From the NCBI GenBank assembly GCA_963664395.2, contig OY761159.2:1184001-1248000 (forward strand): a DNA stretch of 64,000 bases. Reading direction: 5' to 3'. Made by a program: the position numbers and the translations under genes. This DNA comes from Candidatus Binatia bacterium (lineage in GTDB: Bacteria; Desulfobacterota; Binatia; Bin18). Within the stretch, counting starts at the first letter, position 1, and each line of letters opens with the position of its first letter. This document shows positions 59,343 to 64,000 of this stretch, in pieces. Below the pieces are notes generated by a model. It was not told where the DNA came from and ran no database searches. It worked only from the letters and a program-made list of their open reading frames with translations.

Positions 59343-60131
59343 CTATTTCCCATTAAAGTGGGGAGCACGTTTCTCTATGAATGCCGCAATACCTTCTTTC
59401 CCATCATCAGTCTTGGAGCGGGCGGCAATGGACTGGGTTTCATTTTCCATCTGCGTTTCAAGCGTTTCCGTCCAGCCAGTATGGAGTAATCGTTTGGCGC
59501 CACCAAACGCCCCGGTTGCTCCGGCTGCAAGCTCAGTGGCGAGTTTTTCCGCTTCAGCCAGCAAGTCCGCATCCGGGACGACCCGGTTCACAATGCCCCA
59601 TTCTGTGGCTTCTTTGGCCGACAGCAGCCGGTTGGTGATCGCAAGCTCCAATGCCCGCTTCATGCCGACAATGCGTGGCAGGAAATAGGTTGACGAACCG
59701 TCCGGGGTCAGCCCGGCGCGCGTATACGCCATGGTGAATTTCGCCGACTCGCCAGCAAAAACAATGTCACACGAACACGCAATACTCATTCCCGCCCCCG
59801 CGGCTGTACCATTCACCGCACCAATCAACGGTGCGTCCATACGCGCAAAACGTGACACGGCGCCGTGCAGATAGGTTGTTACCTCTTTCAGATGAGCGGG
59901 CAGCCTGGCGCCCTGGGCGGCAAAGCTTTTCAGGTCTCCGCCGGCACAAAACATCCGGCCATTGCCGGTCAGCACAACGGCTCGAATGTCAGCATCTTCG
60001 TCACATTCGAGTGAGGCCTGCATCAAATCCCGCGCCAGATCGATATTCAGCGCGTTCGCGGAATCCGGCCGATCCAGGGTAATTTTTGCGATATTGTCTT
60101 TTTTTTCAAATTGAATTGCGGTGTATGCCAT
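59343..60131 (-). CDS. Enoyl-CoA hydratase/isomerase (PaaG-like)
   Basis: LDRP..ANAL, FCAGGDL, NG.AAGAG.S.A..CD, GLTPDG.STY.LPR. Confidence 0.93.
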   Translation of the reverse strand: MAYTAIQFEKKDNIAKITLDRPDSANALNIDLARDLMQASLECDEDADIRAVVLTGNGRMFCAGGDLKSFAAQGARLPAHLKEVTTYLHGAVSRFARMDAPLIGAVNGTAAGAGMSIACSCDIVFAGESAKFTMAYTRAGLTPDGSSTYFLPRIVGMKRALELAITNRLLSAKEATEWGIVNRVVPDADLLAEAEKLATELAAGATGAFGGAKRLLHTGWTETLETQMENETQSIAARSKTDDGKEGIAAFIEKRAPHFNGK

Positions 60132-60158
60132 GCTGTCCTCCGTCTGGCGATGCTGGGA

Positions 60159-61046
60159 TTAGAGCGCCTGTAAAAAATCGACTATGGCTTGGCCAATCTC
60201 CTGCGGCGCGTCTTCCTGGATAAAGTGTGAGCCCTTGACGGTGATTTCTTTTTGATTCGGCCAGGCGCGGCAATACTCACGCTGCGGACCGGCCAGGATC
60301 GCACCGGGGTCGGCGTTCACAAAGAGTTTGGGCAGCTCGCTGCCTGACAACCACTGCCCGTATTGCTCGACGATCTCTACCACGTCGGCCGGTTCACCCT
60401 CGATCGGTATCTGACGCGGCCAGGTGAGCGTTGGGCGGCGAGACTCTCCCGGTTCGGTGTACGGCTTGCGGTAGACGGCCATTTCCTCTTCGGTCAGGGT
60501 GCGCACCACGCTGCCGGGCAGCACCCGTTCGACAAAGACGTTGTGCTGGAGCACCATCTCCTCGCCAGCCGGAGAACGAAAGCCTTGAAAGACTTTACGC
60601 GCCGCCTCAGGAAAGGTCTCCCACGTCAGGGGACACACAATTGCCTCCATATAGACAAGCGCCTTGATGCTGTCCTGATGGCGGTGTGCCCAGTGGAAAC
60701 CCAAGGCTGAGCCCCAATCATGGATCACCAGGGTGACGTTTTTCGTGTGCTGATCGAGCCCAAGCGCGTCAAACCAGGCATCCATATAGCGGGCGTGGTC
60801 AACAAATCGATAGGAGCCCGCGGGATTCTTGCCCGAATCGCCCATGCCGATGAGGTCAGGCGCCAGGCAACGCGCGCCACCTTCGACCTCGGCAATGATG
60901 TTGCGCCATAAATACGAAGAGGTGGGGTTGCCGTGCAGAAACACAACCGGGTCGCCGCTGCCGGTATCGACATAGGCCATCTCGCTATCGAGCACGGACA
61001 CCCGTTTCCGTTCATAGGGATCGTTCGCTGAAATAGATTGACTCAT
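60159..61046 (-). CDS. Haloalkane dehalogenase (LinB/DhaA type)
   Basis: LHGNPTSSYLWRN, APDLIGMG.S, IHDWGS, YMEA, PTLTWPRQIP, HFIQED. Confidence 0.95.
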   Translation of the reverse strand: MSQSISANDPYERKRVSVLDSEMAYVDTGSGDPVVFLHGNPTSSYLWRNIIAEVEGGARCLAPDLIGMGDSGKNPAGSYRFVDHARYMDAWFDALGLDQHTKNVTLVIHDWGSALGFHWAHRHQDSIKALVYMEAIVCPLTWETFPEAARKVFQGFRSPAGEEMVLQHNVFVERVLPGSVVRTLTEEEMAVYRKPYTEPGESRRPTLTWPRQIPIEGEPADVVEIVEQYGQWLSGSELPKLFVNADPGAILAGPQREYCRAWPNQKEITVKGSHFIQEDAPQEIGQAIVDFLQAL

Positions 61047-61077
61047 GCTTCTCTCCTCAAAAATTCTCTCTCCCGAC

Positions 61078-62112
61078 CTACTGATTTGTCCCCGCAACAT
61101 CTGCCATCAGAGCTAACGCTTCAGGCTGACTCGACTGGACCATCATGGTTGAAACACCAGCGTCTTCCCAGATTTTGAAACGCTCGCGAATCCGCTCCGG
61201 CGGGCCGCACAATGAGATTTCGTCGCACAGCTCATCCGGGACCAGCTCGGTCGCCTCTTTTTTCCGGCCGGACAGATAGAGGTCCTGGATCTCAGCCGCC
61301 GCGTCGGCATAGCCGTACTTCGAGACCATCTCATTATGGAAATTCCGGCCTTTGGCTCCCATACCACCGACGTACAGCGCCAGGGTTGGCTTGAGTTGGG
61401 CCAGGCAGGCTTTGACATCGTCTCCGATCACCACGGTACAACCGGCCAGAACCTCGAAGTTCTCCAGCGACTTGCCGTTGCCGGCCTTCGCAAAACCTTT
61501 CTCCAGATCGGGCGTGAACATATCCATCCGATAGGGTGAAAACCAGATCGGCAGCCAGCCATCGGCGAGTTCGGCCGTGATGCGGATGCTGAGCGGCTTC
61601 ATGGTTGCCAGGTAAACGGGCAGGCGGCGTGAGTGCAGGATCGACTTGAGGGGTTTGCCCAACCCGCTGGCGTCTTCGCCCTGATAGGGCAGTTGATACA
61701 CCTTGCCGTCTAACGAGACCGGCTCCTTACGGTCCCAAATCTTGTGCAGGATTTCAACGTACTCGCGAATGCGGGCGGCCGGTCGGCTGTAGGGCATGCC
61801 GTGCCAGCCTTCGATGACCTGCGGGCCGGACATACCCAGGCCGACAATCACCCGTCCGTTCGACAGGGCATCCAGGGTTGACATGGTCATGGCACACATC
61901 GCCGGCGTGCGGGCTGGAATCTGGAGAATGCCGGTGCCGAGTTTTATGCGCGAGGTCTTGGCCGCCAGATAGGCCAGCGGCGTCACCGCGTCGGAGCCAT
62001 ACGCCTCCGCACTCCAGACTGAGTCATAGCCCAGTTTTTCCGCCTCCAGAATCATATCCATGGGTAGCTCGACCTTGCCGCCAGAATAGCCAATACCAAT
62101 TGCAAGTTTCAT
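61078..62112 (-). CDS. LLM-class, probably F420-dependent, oxidoreductase
   Basis: W.AEAYGSDA..PL, RTPAM.AM...TLD.LS.GR...GLG.SGPQV.EGW.G, LYVGGMGA...NFH. Confidence 0.92.
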   Translation of the reverse strand: MKLAIGIGYSGGKVELPMDMILEAEKLGYDSVWSAEAYGSDAVTPLAYLAAKTSRIKLGTGILQIPARTPAMCAMTMSTLDALSNGRVIVGLGMSGPQVIEGWHGMPYSRPAARIREYVEILHKIWDRKEPVSLDGKVYQLPYQGEDASGLGKPLKSILHSRRLPVYLATMKPLSIRITAELADGWLPIWFSPYRMDMFTPDLEKGFAKAGNGKSLENFEVLAGCTVVIGDDVKACLAQLKPTLALYVGGMGAKGRNFHNEMVSKYGYADAAAEIQDLYLSGRKKEATELVPDELCDEISLCGPPERIRERFKIWEDAGVSTMMVQSSQPEALALMADVAGTNQ

Positions 62113-62168
62113 GAGGACTCCTTCCTTACAAGGGACTGTTTATATCGAACTGCCGGACGTGCGGCTAC

Positions 62169-63158
62169 TCAGGCGTTGCGCAGGGCTGCCGCTACTCGTC
62201 CATAGTCTTCAAGGCGCGGCAGGATGAGTGGCAGGTCAACTCCAGCCGCCCGATATTCGGCAATGCGCTGTTTGCATTGCTCTTCCGAACCGATGAGATA
62301 AAAAGACTCGACCATCTGGTCAGTGATGAGTTTTACCGCGTCTTTCCCTTCGTCTTTGGCATACGACTCTCGCAAGGGTTCGAGAATGGAGACATCGAAG
62401 CCGCCTTTTTCGAGCAGGATCTCACCGACATAGGCTTCGTCGAGAAGGCGGACGATACGCTTTTTGAGAGTCGGCATCATCCGCTGTGGATCATCGGTCA
62501 ACCGAATGACCAGCATGCAGGCAATATCGATGGACTGGGGATCACGGCCGGCCTCTTGGGCCGCGCTGCGGACCTCTTCAACTGCGTATGCGACATAGGA
62601 CGGTGGAACATAGGCGTTCAACAACACGCCATCGGCAATCGCACCAGCCAGACGTAGCCCTTTTTTTCCAATCGCAGCAAGATAGATAGGCAGATTTTGC
62701 TGAATCGGCGTGGTGGCCAGACGGGCGTTCCTGAGCGTAAACGGTCCGGCCGTGTCCGACACCCGTTCCCCGGACAGCAGCCGTCTCAGCAGAGAGACGC
62801 TACCCCGCATGGCGGCCTGTGCGTTGCCGTAGGCCATGCCCATCTTGCCTTGAATCACCTCGCGTTCACTGCGACCCATTCCCAACACGAAGCGGCCGCC
62901 CGTAATCCGGTCCAGCGTTGCCGCTGCCATAGCGAGTAAAGCGGGATTTCGTGTGTACGGGTTTGTGACGCCCACGCCGAGCTTAATCCTCTCGGTCGCC
63001 GCCCCGAGATAGCCGAGTAGAGAGAATATCTCCTCGTGGAAATAGCGCTCCGTGACCCACAGGGATTCATAGCCGGCGTTTTCTGCAATCTGTCCGTATT
63101 GCTTCAGTTCGGGGCCACTCTGGATGCCGTGGTAGAGGACGAGGCCTGATCGACTCAT
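62169..63158 (-). CDS. LLM-class flavin-dependent oxidoreductase (Mer-like)
   Basis: AE.AGY.SLW.TE, IKLG.GVTNP.TRNP.L.AM.A.TLD...GGRF.LG.G, IYLAA.G.K.L.LAG..ADG. Confidence 0.9.
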   Translation of the reverse strand: MSRSGLVLYHGIQSGPELKQYGQIAENAGYESLWVTERYFHEEIFSLLGYLGAATERIKLGVGVTNPYTRNPALLAMAAATLDRITGGRFVLGMGRSEREVIQGKMGMAYGNAQAAMRGSVSLLRRLLSGERVSDTAGPFTLRNARLATTPIQQNLPIYLAAIGKKGLRLAGAIADGVLLNAYVPPSYVAYAVEEVRSAAQEAGRDPQSIDIACMLVIRLTDDPQRMMPTLKKRIVRLLDEAYVGEILLEKGGFDVSILEPLRESYAKDEGKDAVKLITDQMVESFYLIGSEEQCKQRIAEYRAAGVDLPLILPRLEDYGRVAAALRNA

Positions 63159-63171
63159 AATCCGCTCCGTT

Positions 63172-64000
63172 CTAGGCTTGCTTCCGGGCGACAAACGTCC
63201 AATACGTCGGCACGATATCCGGATTCTCTTGGCTAACGCTGAATCCGGTCTCGTGCAGCATGGCGAGAATATCACTCCGGGTGTTGACGATATTCCCCCA
63301 GGTGACCTCGAACCATTGCTCCAGGATACTCATGGTAAAGCGTCGGTCGTGGACATCGGCGCCCGTTTCCGGGGCACACCGATCGACCAACAGCAAGCTG
63401 CCGCCGGGCTTGAGCGCCCGTTGGCAGGCACGCAGGATGTCAACTTTTTTTGCGTCGGGAAGCTCGTGAAAAACCTGGACCATAGTGATGAGATCAAATT
63501 CATTCTCAAAGGACAGGGCTTCCCCACCAACTGAAAGCACGTCTACCCGGTCGCCGAGCCCTTTCTCCTGAAGCAGCTTCCGGGAGGCTTGCACAAAATA
63601 GGGCAGAGGCTCGATGCCGGTCACGCGGCAGTTTACGAATTCCTGGGCAAAGCGCGCGATCACGGTGCCACTCCCGGAGCCGATATCCATGACCCGCCCG
63701 CCGGCCCCGAGTCGCTCTTCCATCCCAGGCAGTTTACGGGCAGCCGCCACCACGACTGGCGCCCGCAGGGCCGAGACTTTGCCCTGCTGGTGAAAGAAAT
63801 CTTCATCATGGTCGTGAAAGGTTTTCAGCGCCCCGGTCCGAAAGGCATCAGGATAGGCTGGAAAGTCCCGCGACAGGCTGGCCAGGACATGCGTGGTCAG
63901 CAACTCGGGAGCTTCGTCGCCAAGTAATTCGTCCATAAACGGCGCAAAGGTGAACCGCGTATCCCCGTCAGCTTGGAGTACCCCAACGGCACACGCGGCC
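63172..64000 (-). CDS. Class I SAM-dependent methyltransferase (5' end outside the window)
   Basis: VMDIGSGSG motif I, FDLI....VFHE, ALKPGG.LL. Confidence 0.85.
   Translation of the reverse strand, partial: AACAVGVLQADGDTRFTFAPFMDELLGDEAPELLTTHVLASLSRDFPAYPDAFRTGALKTFHDHDEDFFHQQGKVSALRAPVVVAAARKLPGMEERLGAGGRVMDIGSGSGTVIARFAQEFVNCRVTGIEPLPYFVQASRKLLQEKGLGDRVDVLSVGGEALSFENEFDLITMVQVFHELPDAKKVDILRACQRALKPGGSLLLVDRCAPETGADVHDRRFTMSILEQWFEVTWGNIVNTRSDILAMLHETGFSVSQENPDIVPTYWTFVARKQA

Overview
GC-rich bacterial chromosomal segment with about 60 genes. The mix of four LLM oxidoreductases, CoA-transferase III, acyl-CoA dehydrogenases, crotonases, haloalkane dehalogenase and a giant surface protease suggests a Binatia/deltaproteobacterium-like organism, possibly a sponge symbiont (inference only). 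The housekeeping core is ftsH, trmFO-topA-dprA, argS, a UvrD/PcrA helicase and TPR plus LolB-like lipoproteins. The best hidden signal is a tandem-domain rhodanese whose catalytic Cys codon is an in-frame TGA followed by a clear SECIS-like hairpin, i.e. a selenoprotein that the ORF track truncates. Other notable items: (1) two separate ABC-ATPase + DUF4276/TOPRIM-like pairs, candidate defence modules; (2) a RelE/HigA toxin-antitoxin cassette bracketed by a 66-bp duplication of the 5' end of a MATE gene, inside a cluster of orphan antitoxins and a nuclease; (3) a translationally coupled NMNAT-like/deoxyhypusine-synthase-like/CysQ operon; (4) a 1792-aa S53-like protease-adhesin with a possible structured RNA leader; (5) several REP-like palindromes; (6) an unannotated 45-aa membrane protein. 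No rRNA, tRNA, CRISPR array, transposase or integrase was seen. All family assignments come from motif recognition by eye, with no database searches.
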